Origin: Phoronis australis
Lineage: Eukaryota > Animalia > Phoronida
Length of the DNA stretch: 64,000 nucleotides
Assembly: GCA_002633005.1 (NCBI GenBank)
Contig: NMRA01000124.1
Location: 761,814-825,813, forward strand
Reading direction: 5' to 3'
Positions 27,131-39,862 of the stretch are shown here, in pieces (position 1 is the stretch's first letter; each line of letters begins with the position of its first letter). The notes under the pieces were generated by a model that saw nothing but the letters and a program-made list of their open reading frames with translations, was not told the origin of the DNA and did not search any database. The position numbers and the translations under genes were made by a program.

Positions 27131-29427
27131 GTTGAATTGTGTTGTTGTTCCTCTATTTTTGTTTTACAGGGTTGTTGAGTTGGCACGAGTTTGTTCGTAT
27201 TTTACTTGGTAACATGACGACGTAATGAAACCGGGCTTTCGTCTTAACATAGCTTTTCATTTAACCACTCACGGTTACGACAGCGGTCTTGTATTATTAT
27301 TCATTCAAACTAGACACTGTATCTAGGCTTGGAAAAACTGATTGGCTGTTGCCCCTTCTGTTTTTCTCAGCGACTTGATTTCAGTTGCCAAGTTTGTGTG
27401 GTAGTAAAGCGATTTAGTTTGTCCAAATTCATTTCGAAATAGGATAAGGGTGCTTGGAAAGAGCAAATTTAGGCCTATGGAAAGAGTGATGTTAAATACC
27501 ACTTCAGGTTTGATAGCTCAGTTTTAAAAGTCATGTGAATCCAAAGTCTGCAATTTGATCGAGTTTAATTAAGTTCTACCCAGGAGGACATTTAAACATT
27601 AGCGAAACAGAACAGAAATGTGTTTCATGAGCGTATTGAAACAAGGTGCTCGTCAGTATGGTTCGTCCCTTTTATCATTTCTCCTCTATTCACAAGTTTG
27701 TTTTATATCCGATTCAGTGACCACACGACCAGGTGTGTGACATATACTGCAGTTCATTGCAAACGTTCCAAGTTATCAAGGTCGCGACATGAATGTTCGC
27801 GTTATGTTTGCTATTACTGAACGTTGGTCTCTGAAATCTCGAACAGAAAATCGAGACATCCATGAAGGTATTTTGCCTCGTACATCCCATTCCCACAAAT
27901 GTGCATTTAATATTTTATTCTGGGGAATTAGCGAGGCTACTCGGCTACACTTCTGACGCCGGTGCAGCCGAAAAGTTAGGATTCTCGCCCACTTAGAGAG
28001 TCGTCTCGAAAAGAAGCCTGTTAGCAGACAACTTCCATTACCTTCCTTGGCCATTTCGAAGAGTTTCGTTGCAGACACACCTGCCTTTTGTTGGGGTTAA
28101 CGAAACTGAATCGGACCTCTTACTCTCATAATGTCGGTCTCGAGGCATTCCTCATCGTGAAAGAATTCTGTTTCTGATACCAGCAAGAATATGGAAACCA
28201 TAAGCAATTTGAGAGACACATTCGAGTTTATTGGGATTCAGTGGCCAATCCTCATGGGCGGCGCACCATGGGGGCTGGGGGCTATACCCCACACTTATTT
28301 CAGTGTTGCTCCACCCATGATCCTAAAATAGCGAAATAGAAATTGGCGCATCTGCAAGTTCCCTGTTAACAGAATGATAACGAGACTGGAATCCTATCAC
28401 CAAAGAATACTAAAAACGAAACCGATTTCTTTAGAGTAAAGAGCTTGATTCGATTTTGTGTTTAAGGTACTTAAATAGCTGAAGACCAATGCAGCTTTAA
28501 AAATACACGTATTTGTTATTACCAACCCATCCGTAGATTGTAATGAAGCCGGAAAAGGCACTCCTTCGTAAGGAATTGTGTCGGAAAAGAAAGACACCCT
28601 TTCGTGGCAAAACTGGTCGTGAAAAAATCACCCATCTGAGTGGCACGTCCCGTGTACCTTTTCTGTGGTAGTCACCCGGGCATTCAGGAGCTTCTACACT
28701 GCATAGTGCACTCGGTAAAAACACGCGTGACTCAGATTTGGCAAACGCACAGAAATACATTTTGAAAGCTGGCCTGCACGTGCAATATTTCGTAAGAATG
28801 TGCAAATTTAAAGAAACTCTCACGGTGCACGCATTGTATTGCAATCTTCAATTGCAAAGCCAACGTTGCATTCTCTGACTTGGTACATATTTTTATCTGC
28901 TCTTCTCAAAGCAGTGCCTTGTTGTTATTTCGTTTTTATGTCGTTCCTATTTTGTTTTGTACACGACCTCACGCCGCAGCTGGCGAACCGTGAAACCCAG
29001 TGGAGCATTTCAACATACACACGAATTTTCACGCGGTGTGATAAAGCCTTGACTATCAACAATTCAGTGTAAATCACTCACTTTACCATTCTGGACCAGT
29101 AACCTGCATACGGGGTCGGAAATGCGTTTCCTTCAGCTCTGCAGTTAGGCGCCCATGAGAAACTCCCTGCCTGTGACGAAGGACTCTCTAGAAAAATGTA
29201 CCTCCGCAGTTTGGGTTTCTGGAAATTTTGACATAATTTATTTTTTGTGAGAGTTGATCTTGCGCGTTTTTTTTTCAGTCAAAGAGTGACCCGGGCCCAT
29301 CTGGTAGGTCTACCACTAGAGGGGGCAATAAACCTGTGCCTTCTGTCCAAAAAGAACGTTTCGTTTAATTAGGCCACTTACTGTCATAAAATCCGAGCCA
29401 TCTTGATTTGCTCCCATAGATTAGTAC

Positions 29428-29603
29428 TGACAAGGCATTCGGTGCTCCACCGAGACCAGGGTAGAGTTTAGTAGCTGTCTCGCGGCGAAAAAAACTCTAT
29501 CCAAAATCACGCGCTCTCTCGCGTATTCTTGCGAAGTCTTGCATTTTTTGCGAAGTCCAGGCGTTCAACTGAACTCTACCCAGGCCCATTAGAATGCTTG
29601 TCA
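29428..29603. mobile_element. Small inverted-repeat element
   Basis: tgacaaggcattc...gggtagagtttagt mirrored by actgaactctaccc...gaatgcttgtca. Confidence 0.55.
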
Positions 29604-30295
29604 CGGCGGCTTCGGCTTCAGTCACCAAGACACTGTGGCCGGTTGCAGCCATTTTAAATTCAAAAAAGGATTAAAATATGACGACGTTGTCTTAAAAGAA
29701 TGGAGTCGCCCGGGAGGCGAGCACCAGGACCTGGCGTCTATGTATTCGAAACCCAAAAATTGATAAATTTCATAGCACGCACCGGGCAAACTTGTAAAGT
29801 TGCTTCGAATCATGCGGCGTGAGACCGACATTGTGTTTTCAGCCCATTCCGTTACGTGGGCGAAATTGTTTCGCGAAAACGTGAATGCCTGGTGATGTTT
29901 ATCCGATAACACTCGACATTGTGCAGTTATCTTGAGCGGGCGTATGAAGTCGGCACACAATTGATTATGATTGGTCGTCATTGGCGTAAACTAGAGTTGC
30001 GACACTGGACAAATTTGCTGAAACAATTGGAGCATTTTCCTTATTAACGTAGGCAGTGTTATGGTCGTGGTGTTTGGCTAGCAAGTAATGGACACACGTG
30101 GGATTTTGGGACGGCAGCAAACTAAGTTAAAATGTTTGAAAAATGCCGAAGACGCATTTGTTTTCCATTAACTTCTTCATTAAAAATGTCTAGCAAATCT
30201 TAAGACACAAGTCAGGGCATTTACGGTAAAGGCTTCAATGTCAAGCAATGTGTGAGTATCTAATATGTTAACTTGAAGGTAAAATCGTTTGCCCT

Positions 30296-30416
30296 ACGGT
30301 GGCCTAAAGCTGACATTGAAAAAAAATAACATTATGAAAAAAAAATCAATTTTCTCCGCTGAGAAAAGTGATTTTTTTGTAATGTTATTTTTTCAATGTC
30401 AGGTTTGGGCCACCGT
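30296..30416. mobile_element. Palindromic foldback MITE
   Basis: acggtggcctaaagctgacattgaaaaaaataacatta...taatgttattttttcaatgtcaggtttgggccaccgt; flanks gtttgccct / gtttgtcct. Confidence 0.85.
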
Positions 30417-30760
30417 GTTTGTCCTGTACATAACCTCAATTTTATCATAGACGCAACTATTTCTAGTGTTACACGTTATCCATGACGCCACCGTAACACG
30501 TGGCTACCTCTGCGAAGTGTATCAATCGTCCATTCAGGAGTCAGACGATTCAAATCGAAAGGCCAGTGGTGGAACTATGATGTCGCACTGTGTTGCCGGG
30601 AAGCATTCCCGGGAAAACCAATTATTTTCGAACGTCAGTGCTAGCGGAGACCATTTTAATGGCATACTGTAGCTTTGAACATTCTGTTCTGCACCCTTGG
30701 CATTTACGTTCTGAGTCCAGTCGGTCTTATTTCCGTACGTAGTCGAAACTAGACTCAAAA

Positions 30761-30968
30761 CATGCGCGCATCGNGAGGGGCTCGAACGAACCCCCTTATT
30801 TGGCGAAGTGGGCAAAAAGATCTGCCTCAGAGAAACAAAAAGTACAAGAAAATGAGACGAAAGTCCATTAAAAAGGTGCAGACGCACAGTGAAGATGGTA
30901 CCCCGTTTTTTTTTAGTCCACATCGCCAGAAATTCGAGCACCCCATATAAAGGCTGAGTGCGCGCATG
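30761..30968. mobile_element. MITE with 10-bp TIR and 5-bp TSD
   Basis: caaaa|catgcgcgca ... tgcgcgcatg|caaaa. Confidence 0.7.
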
Positions 30969-31040
30969 CAAAAATAACCATACGTTTTCAGTAAACTCCA
31001 ATCATGCGGCACGATTGGTTAACTTTCGCTAGCCTGAGTC

Positions 31041-32173
31041 TGAGTCGGTGGGTCGTTGTATGTTTCCTCGTTGTGTCTGCACTAGAAATCCTCAGTTGAG
31101 TGTAGGACCTTATCGACAAAACTTAATTAGTTAAAATATCTCTAAAGATTATTGAATTTAACTCAGTCGCGGAAAACATACATTTCCTGAATGTAAACAG
31201 ACTGTAGAATCTGATTTTTGACTTTATACCAACTTGAATTTGTCGTTGATTGGGTCACGTGACCATATCCTTTCAGTAAAATTTAGTAGAAAGAAAGGGA
31301 AACAAGCAAAACAACGGTATCAATAAAAAGTGTCCAAATTTCGTTTGATGTTCAAGAGGAAATCTCAAAACCTCAATTTCCTAAATTATCACCCCGTTTT
31401 CTCTTCATGCAAATTTTGAGGCTTTCATAAACTTGAATCATAAAAGTCCCCTATGCTTGATAGCCCCTCATGCAAAAGTGAATTGACTTTAAAAAATCCT
31501 ATTGAGAGGAGGGCATAAAGTACAGCATTCCTGAGACATGGTGCAGTGTTCCGAACTTTCAAAGTTAGTGTTTGGGGAATCCAGTGGCGGGTTGGAGGGG
31601 GCCAAANTGAGTCGGTGGGTCGTTGTATGTTTCCTCGTTGTGTCTGCACTAGAAATCCTCAGTTGAGTGTAGGATCTTATCGACAAAACTTAATTAGTTA
31701 AAATATCTCTAAAGATTATTGAATTTAACTCAGTCGCGGAAAACATACATTTCCTGAATGTAAACAGACTGTAGAATCTGATTTTTGACTTTATACCAAC
31801 TTGAATTTGTCGTTGATTAGGTCACGTGACCATATCCTTTCAGTAAAATTTAGTAGAAAGAAAGGGAAACAAGCAAAACAACGGTATCAATAAAAAGTGT
31901 CCAAATTTCGTTTGATGTTCAAGAGGAAATCTCAAAACCTCAATTTCCTAAATTATCACCCCGTTTTCTCTTCATGCAAATTTTGAGGCTTTCATAAACT
32001 TGAATCATAAAAGTCCCCTATGCTTGATAGCCCCTCATGCAAAAGTGAATTGACTTTAAAAAATCCTATTGAGAGGAGGGCATAAAGTACAGCATTCCTG
32101 AGACATGGTGCAGTGTTCCGAACTTTCAAAGTTAGTGTTTGGGGAATCCAGTGGCGGGGTGGAGGGGGCCAAA
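31041..32173. repeat. 566-bp direct duplication joined by one N (likely assembly or haplotype artefact)
   Basis: 31041-31606 equals 31608-32173 except ~3 substitutions; N at 31607. Confidence 0.9.
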
Positions 32174-32311
32174 GGGGCCNGGGCCATGCCCCCCCAACTT
32201 GTAAAATTATTCCAGATTCCATTTAACAGTTCGGGGGTGCGAATGTCTGACGGGCAAAATTCTGGCTAATATTCTGCCCTGGCCCCACTCAAAATCCTAT
32301 ATCCGCCCTTG
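32149..32311. mobile_element. ~160-bp MITE (same family as 18855-19016)
   Basis: cagtggcgg...atccgcccttg; shared core with the 18855 copy; flanks gaatc / gaagc. Confidence 0.75.
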
Positions 32312-35300
32312 GAAGCCGACTGAAGCCCATGTCTGACGTACATCATTAGCAAAAGATGTTTCCACTTGTTCAGCGTATTCTTTCTCAGTGCTTAGAATTA
32401 CTAATTTTTTAGTTATAAACTAGGTGGAGTTCAGCGCAAACCATTAAAGCGGGCTGTAAAGATAGTTTTGCTAAGCAGTAGAAAATTGCTCCCTTTTCAC
32501 CATTCTCGTTACAACGGGGCATCCAAAGCATAATTAAATTAACCAATGAAAACAGAGAACGTAACTGCATTACCAACCAATAGGTGGTTAGGACGGCATC
32601 AGCAAGGGGATGTACTTCGGACATAGATGTTTCGGAGGTGATGTGTCCCTGTAGATATGCTCTGGCGGACCTAGGATAACATAAGGGGCAGGGCTACCAG
32701 TTTTCGGAGGAAAAACGGTCACGTAAGGCCCAGAAAACGGCTTTGCTGGCGGTGTTTTTTATCGTGTACGAAAAAGAGGGTGGGAACCCCAGGGCCTAAT
32801 TCATGTATCCACCCATTTTATGTAAGAGCACTTCATCAGAATAGGGCATAAGAGTAGCAATATATTTCAGAGCCGGGTTAAGCCTTTTACTTTCATTTCG
32901 ATTCACCTCGACTTGAGAATTAGATTACAAAACGCGAGTTTCTATAATTTCTTACAATTTTTTATTATTTTTTATTTCATTCTTGTTAAAGCAGTACGCA
33001 ACGCTGCCTTGTTATTTAATCGTGTTTTAGGATGGAGTCTTTCGTTTTGGTTCTTTTAAGGCGGGAAATTAGCATTCCTTTATTTACAATATAGACAAGA
33101 ATGGAAATCGGGATTGCTTCAATGGCCGGAGGAATTCACTGGAGTTAACCTGATTAATTCAATTCTGAAGTTTTCCCTTTCGGCTTGACCTATTACCAGA
33201 GTTGGTTTGTTTTCCATTTGGGCTTGACGTATATGCCAGAGCTGATGTATGACCACAGCTGGGTAGGACTTATGCGTAACGTATTTTCCGTTGAGACACG
33301 CCGTTTATTGGAGACACTATAGTTACAAGTAGCAAAATAGCTGTAATTATTACAAAATTGCCCCTGCACGATCAAATTGCAGTCGCACAGTGTCAGCGTC
33401 ATCCGATCTGGGACGTCGTCCATCTGTTTCACTTGGTAATCTTTTATCGTAAGTTATAAAATCAACACGTGTCTGTACCACACACGCACACATTTGGTTT
33501 CCATAGAAATTGCTAATTTGCAATTCTTTTAAACCGCCCTAAACCCTCTTGGATGAAGCCGTCTGCTCGTAGCGTGACATGCCAAAATCCCAGTCGTGAG
33601 TCAGTCACTTGAGGTTTCCATCGTGTTGTTTTCATTAGCGCACACTCGGCACGATCGCCATGTTATCTAATGAAACCAGACGTTGACGTCCTCTATCGCT
33701 TTTCAATTTCCAGGCAATGATTTAAAGCTACCTCGGCAATATTACGTTCAAGTCGTGGCGGGCGGGCATATATTAATTAGAAGCGCTTATTAGCCAAAGC
33801 GTTTTATAGCTAGTGCCTTCAGCCTAGTATAGTTACACCAATTGTGATTTCGAAAGTAACCAATGCAGAGTTAAAATCTGAAAATGTTTCCTCAACCGAA
33901 AGATATCAATGAGATTGGAAGATTTCATACTTATACTGGAACAGTAGGTTACAGTCGTTTTTTGCGTTACCGTTTTGACTAGAAGATTGCGGTGTTGGAT
34001 ATTTAAGCAAGCAACCTTCTCGAAAACCGGGACATCAGTCAGGACAACAACCAGAAATTTAAAATCGTATAAATTTAAACTAAGTCACATTCATTGCCTA
34101 CGGTTTCTTCTGAAAACTTTAAGTAATAGATTTAAATCCACTCAGTTTGGGAGGGGGTGTTCGAGTAAAGTCAATCGCATTTAGTTTTTTATAAACAAAA
34201 ATAAAGCAAAAAACAAATCTTCAACAAATTCTAACAAGAACATCCAGAAACTTAGGCCAGTGCCCCTGCCCACTGAGCAGCACTCTCACTGCCGCCGGGA
34301 TGGGTACATCGCGGCATTATAAGTAACGTATTTTCTCGTTAAGCCCAATATTGCAGTTGGCAAGCTGAATCTCGATTTACACTGTTTGGCCTCTAGTGTT
34401 TTTCCACGTCACGAGAGGACCTGAAAAATAAGACGAAACGAAAAGAAAACGCGCCTGGGGTTTTCCCAAGAATTTTTGGGCAATAGTCGGATATAACGTG
34501 CCGGTATTTTGAGAACCAGTTCGATGCCCCGCGTTATTCATTGGAAAGAAATTGATTCTCAAAATTCGGGCACGTTATACCCGACCATTGCCAATTTTTC
34601 TGTATGAAAACGCGACTACAGTTATGATTGATCAGAGCATTTTGCTGCTATGGTTACGAGACGTACATCCCGTTCGACTTGTCGCCTTGGTGTTCGTCAT
34701 TCAGTGTTGATTTCGTAACTTTTGCGTGACTCGACAGTTACGTTCAAGAGGTAAACCTGCGAGCCATAGGTTTCCTGTTGACTTGATGCACGTAGTTCCC
34801 GGTCAACTTTGAGCCTACGAAAATACCCGAGGTGTTCATTATGAATGCCCGTTTGCCACGTCTCACGAATGACGACGTACACGCAGGCTAACACGTGCAC
34901 AGTTTACAAGCTGGCGAAACGGTCAGTTGTCTCGGCTCTTGTAGAGAGAGCTTCACCCGGTGGAGGAACATCCGCCATCGTGTCAAGCAAGTTGTTTCCG
35001 GACTATCACATATTTGTAAAGTGCTACAAAACAGCCAGCTGCAATCGTTCACATGAGCGGTGTGATAGCGAATTGTGAACAGCTGACAAAAACTCCTAAG
35101 CGTTTACGCGATTGACTTTTAACGGCCAAGCAGATATGAAGGACAAGTCTATGGACCTATCCAAATGTCTACAAAACTATAGATTTTAACTCAGTATGAG
35201 AATGAATTTTCTGAAAGCCTGTAATTGGCTGATTCGTCGGCTTAAGAAATGACGTATGACGCACGCTCATAAGGTACAACATTCGTCACTTTCCATACGA

Positions 35301-37149
35301 CGTTGTAATATACATGTGAGACAAGCATTTTTATAAGTAGACTAGTGAACGTCGCACGGAAATTGACGAACATTGTATCGAAATAGCAAAAGAGCCCATA
35401 ACGCACACTACACTTCCGATGCAGTTTTTCAGTGATTGCATGCGCACGTATATCGTCGGCCAAGTGTGCGAAATAAGTGCGATTGTTTACTGTAATAATT
35501 CGGGAATTATTACAGTAGTAATTAATTACCCAATCAGAAGCCAGCAATAAAGACAGTAAGAAATAATTATGGAAGAAATAAATATTTATGACAATAATAA
35601 ATTTTCATGTCAGTAATTAGTCAGTCAATTATATGCCAAGAATAACATTTATATCAATTTTATAATTGAATGATGTTCATTATATTAATGCTATGTACAT
35701 GACTGTAATAAAATTCAATACAGTAATTAATATTTATTAATGTAATTAATCAGCTTTTCTGTGTTCCTGAAAGCGCCGACGACGGCCACTCTATGCTTGT
35801 CGAAACAACCCCCTTTAGCCTCCAAGTCAGTAAGCTTACAGTGGCCTGCCGACTGTTGATGTTCGGACGTTACTAAAATTATCACATAATGCTGCGTTTT
35901 GTTTAACAAGATAATGACAGTTGTCCCTGACTTTGCTGCGCGTCAGTTTATTTGCTCTTTATGTTATGCCTGAAAAGAGATAAGATAACGACCACTTGCC
36001 CAATTGCCCGTCATGTGAACATGACCGTCGACAGCCACAACGCACTTACTGTGAAAGAAGTCTTTGCTCAGAAACGTCTAATTTTAAAGCAGGGGCGACA
36101 ATTCCCATTGCGTAGAATACGTCGGTTGCTCAACACTGTAATGGCAAACATTCTAACTGAACGTCTTGTTCAGTGTCAGCAAACTTAACTGAACTTGAAA
36201 TGGGCGTTTTCCGAGTAACGAAAACGGAGAAAAATGTATTTAGCGAGATAATTGACGCATCTTAAAAATCCTGAAAAACGGCAAGACAAATTTGCTACAT
36301 TCAGAACAGCAAATATCAGAAATGATTGATCGGATACACATGAAATTACATTTTATTCACTGTACTCCAAAACGCTGTTACGAATTGTTCTTGAAGTGTT
36401 CCTCTTTTGCAACGAGAGGATATAAAAACTGCTATTACATTATTTTCATGAAAACATCTAAACGAAAACGATATGATATATTAGAAAGCTATAACAGCGT
36501 AACAAATGAAATTTGATCATGTTATTCATAGTTATTTTGATATCAATGCACCTTTTTGCTAAATTTTATTAAAATGACATAGTCACGTACCCAGTTAACA
36601 TCCAATCGTTTTGTAAGTATTTGATTAAATACGCAAACTTGTCAACAAATCCCTTCCTCAAATTGAAGGCGACTTCCGAGTAAAAGACCCGAGAGTGCTG
36701 TTATTCTTCTGAGCTCGGTCTTACTTGTGAGTGAATGAATGTATGTAAGCCTTCTAAGGGAATGAATGAGAACCACTTCGGAACACTCGACTTCGAGTAA
36801 GAAGTGTAAAGAAGAGAAAGAAAGTTTTCTTGCACCTGGAACCGGTTCAACATTTACCGAAAAGTAACTCAAGTCTCAAATGGAATCCATCTTACTCACT
36901 GTGAGCACACGCGCGCAGTTTCATGCACGCACGTGGTCCTAGACGGTTGTGCGTTCCGAGTACGGCAGTAAAGGAACAATTGCTCGCGAGAAAGGAAATG
37001 TGTTTGTGAGAATTTAGTAGTATTAGTAAGAAAGGCCGAGCGGTTAGTGCGAGCTCATACTAAAAGCACGTTAACTTTATTTTCCGGAAAGGTGATACTG
37101 AAGCGAATCCGAGACCTGAACTTATTCATAATTTTCACTTAAATATTAA

Positions 37150-37668
37150 AGTTTTGTAGGACCTTGTCGACTTGTTGGTGTTTTTAGCCAACTATCTACA
37201 AACCTATAGATTTCCACTCAGTAAAAGTATGTATTTTCTGAAAATAGAAAGGCTGTAATTTGATTTTTATCTTCATACCAATCCTCTGAAAATTAGGTCA
37301 CGTAACTGTGTCTTTTTAATAAATGGTACATTCATAACAAAACAACGGTACCAATAAAAAGATCTATTTTTTCGACATAAAGTTTCAAGATAAAATCTCA
37401 AAAACTCTGTTACAGTTTTTTAAATTATCTTCTCGTTTCGTTTTGCGCAATTTTCATTTTTTTCATAAAAATCGGAGAAGTCCTATTTTTGATAGTCCCT
37501 CATACAAAAGCGGAAATTTTTAAAAACAATCTCTAGCAGTGTTTTGGAGAAGAAAGCATAAAGCATGCTATATGGAAGTTACACAAGAATCCGGTCAGCC
37601 ACTTATGATATGATGTTCCGAAGTTAGTCAAATTTGGACATTTTCCAGGGTCCCGCATAAACATAACT
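37150..37668. mobile_element. Non-autonomous DNA transposon, Kolobok-like; related fragments at ~31095-31580, ~35150-35225, ~43200-43500
   Basis: TTAA|agtt..gtaggacct ... agggtcccgcataaacataact|TTAC; blocks ggtcacgt, aaaacaacggta.caataaaaag and gatag.ccctcat.caaaag are shared between copies. Confidence 0.6.
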
Positions 37669-39801
37669 TTACATATGACAACACTGTCACTTTTTAAATC
37701 ATTTGCCTGAGGACGTGAAAATAACCTTTACACGACGTATTTCGCCGTCATTTTTGTCCAAACTCGTCAAAATTTTGAAGAGAAAATAGTTAATGAATTG
37801 CTGCGTGGACCTTGAGAGTTTTCAAAAACCTTGAAGTCGATGTTCAACGTTGCCCCACGAATAGATCTTTGCCAAGGCAAGGTAGCACGCGTACATTTTA
37901 TAAGACCAGAGCCAGTAAATGAACGGAATAACCTCGTAATAGAAAAACGCGATAGTTATATTTGGCTACAGAGCCTACGTCTTTATCTTCACACTGATAA
38001 CATGGGTCACTGAAGACAACACGACGGAATTAACAGCAAGGGGATCGCTTAGTTTAACGAAATACTTGCAACAGTTTGGATGGCAAACAAGTTTTTGTTT
38101 GGCACGTCAAACAACTAGGCGATAACGTGCAGCGCAATCTTGGCACGCACACAACAAAACGGAGTTTTTCAACAATCACGTGACCTCAGCGCACCGAGGT
38201 GGTAAGCCTTGTTTATAACGATTTATTCGCAAATGATTTCTGAAGAATTGTTCCGACGTTCAATAAAACCGCACCTGTGTTTTCAATTTCACTTTGGCCG
38301 TAATCGACTACCAACTGTATTTATTCGTACATACTGAAAATAAGTAGTCTTCATTAATGACAGAAAGCTGTTGGTCTCCAGCTGAATCAATACAAAACAA
38401 TAAATATAACCCGGAGCCCCTTTCACTGAATTGTTTTTCATTTCCCCCAGATCACCTAGACAGGTTTTAGGTCGGAGTTATAATTATAACTACCTTCAAG
38501 TATCTTTAAAGCAGGCTGTAATCCCGGTTCCCTCACTTTCCGATATAAAACTGGCCTTAAAGGATCTAAGAGCAGACTGTAACCCCAATTTCATTATTTT
38601 CCGCTATAAAGCTGGTCTTAACTCAGATGGAAACTTATGAGCTTGAAAAGAACGGATAGTTCGCTACTGCCGGAGAGTGGTGTAGTGGTACAATTAGAGG
38701 TAAGTGGGCACCCAAAGCCCACTGTATCACCTTGAGCACTGAACGTAACTTAAGCGGTAGGTTCAAATGCCAAAAGGTGGTTGGCTGCGCCAACGTGCAC
38801 CTACGCTCCACTACAGCACAGCATCCAACAGAAACCATAAGACCCTACTACAGTTGAAGCCAGGGGTTCAAGGAACCAGGTTCACTACGTTCCCTCGATT
38901 ACAACGCCTCTTTCTACAAGTCCCAGCCAACCATATTGTACACAATTCAACTTTGATACAACAAAAGTTTTTGAAAGTTCCTGAGAGTTATTTTGTTGTA
39001 ATCTAGTTCAACAGTACGCATCACTGGTTCCCGTCAACACTAATCATTCAACTGTAACATGACAGAGAATATTTTCAGTTCCCCTCCATTTCAGTTTTTA
39101 TTCTTGGTTTTTGACTCTCCACTAGGGCCTTACGAAATGAATCAAAACTGTTTTTGCAAATCATTGTAAAAATATCAACAAGCAAACCTTTTGTTTGAAA
39201 ATTTTGTGTAAAATATCGAGATGCACTTTCTGTTTTGAATTAGATAAAAACGCACAAATGTGTCATTCTTTCAAAGGAAAATATTGGTCATAAAAATTAA
39301 TGATGTGAAATCTTCTGTTGACTTCATTTAGTAATACCACCTAAAATCCAAAATGGACTAAACCTAAATTATACCTGTCCAACCACAACTATTAGTTCAA
39401 AACCAAAACCACAATGCTGGTAACACTCAAAAACTCGTACCAGCCCTACAGTGCCCAAACCCACCTGAATTCTCCCAATGGAAAATAAGGTCAGAAACAA
39501 TCACAAAACAAAACTTAACTGCTTGACTTTGTTTCTTTAATTTCTCTTTCATTATTTCACACTTAGTCGCATATTTACTTTTGACATCTAAAGCCCATCG
39601 GCAGATAAAATGACACGGCTAAAACTGGAGTGGACAAGGGAATAGTAATCACGAATTTTGACTGTTCTTAAGCCACAACTATAGCTGAACTTAGCAGAAC
39701 AAATTTTTGAATACATGCATTGCGGAGTTGGATGATTAATTTTCAAAGACACTGATTAAAAACTTTAAAAACGGTCCAGTCATCTTTCGGCACCTCTTCA
39801 T

Positions 39802-39862
39802 TTATCGGTAGAGACGGGAAAATTCTTTCAAAGCGTGGGACACCTGTTTTTCGTTTTCGGCA
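39802..39862 (-). CDS. TNPO3: TNPO3 last coding exon
   Basis: [22 protein letters not shown], 61 nt. Confidence 0.93.

Noticed and set aside
28038-28082. Possible minus-strand mini-exon (VSATKLFEMAKE)
   Set aside because: No polypyrimidine tract, no partner exons and no recognisable homology.
31041-32173. Apparent recent 566-bp tandem duplication
   Set aside because: The copies abut a single N and differ at ~3 sites, typical of overlapping allelic contig ends rather than real biology.
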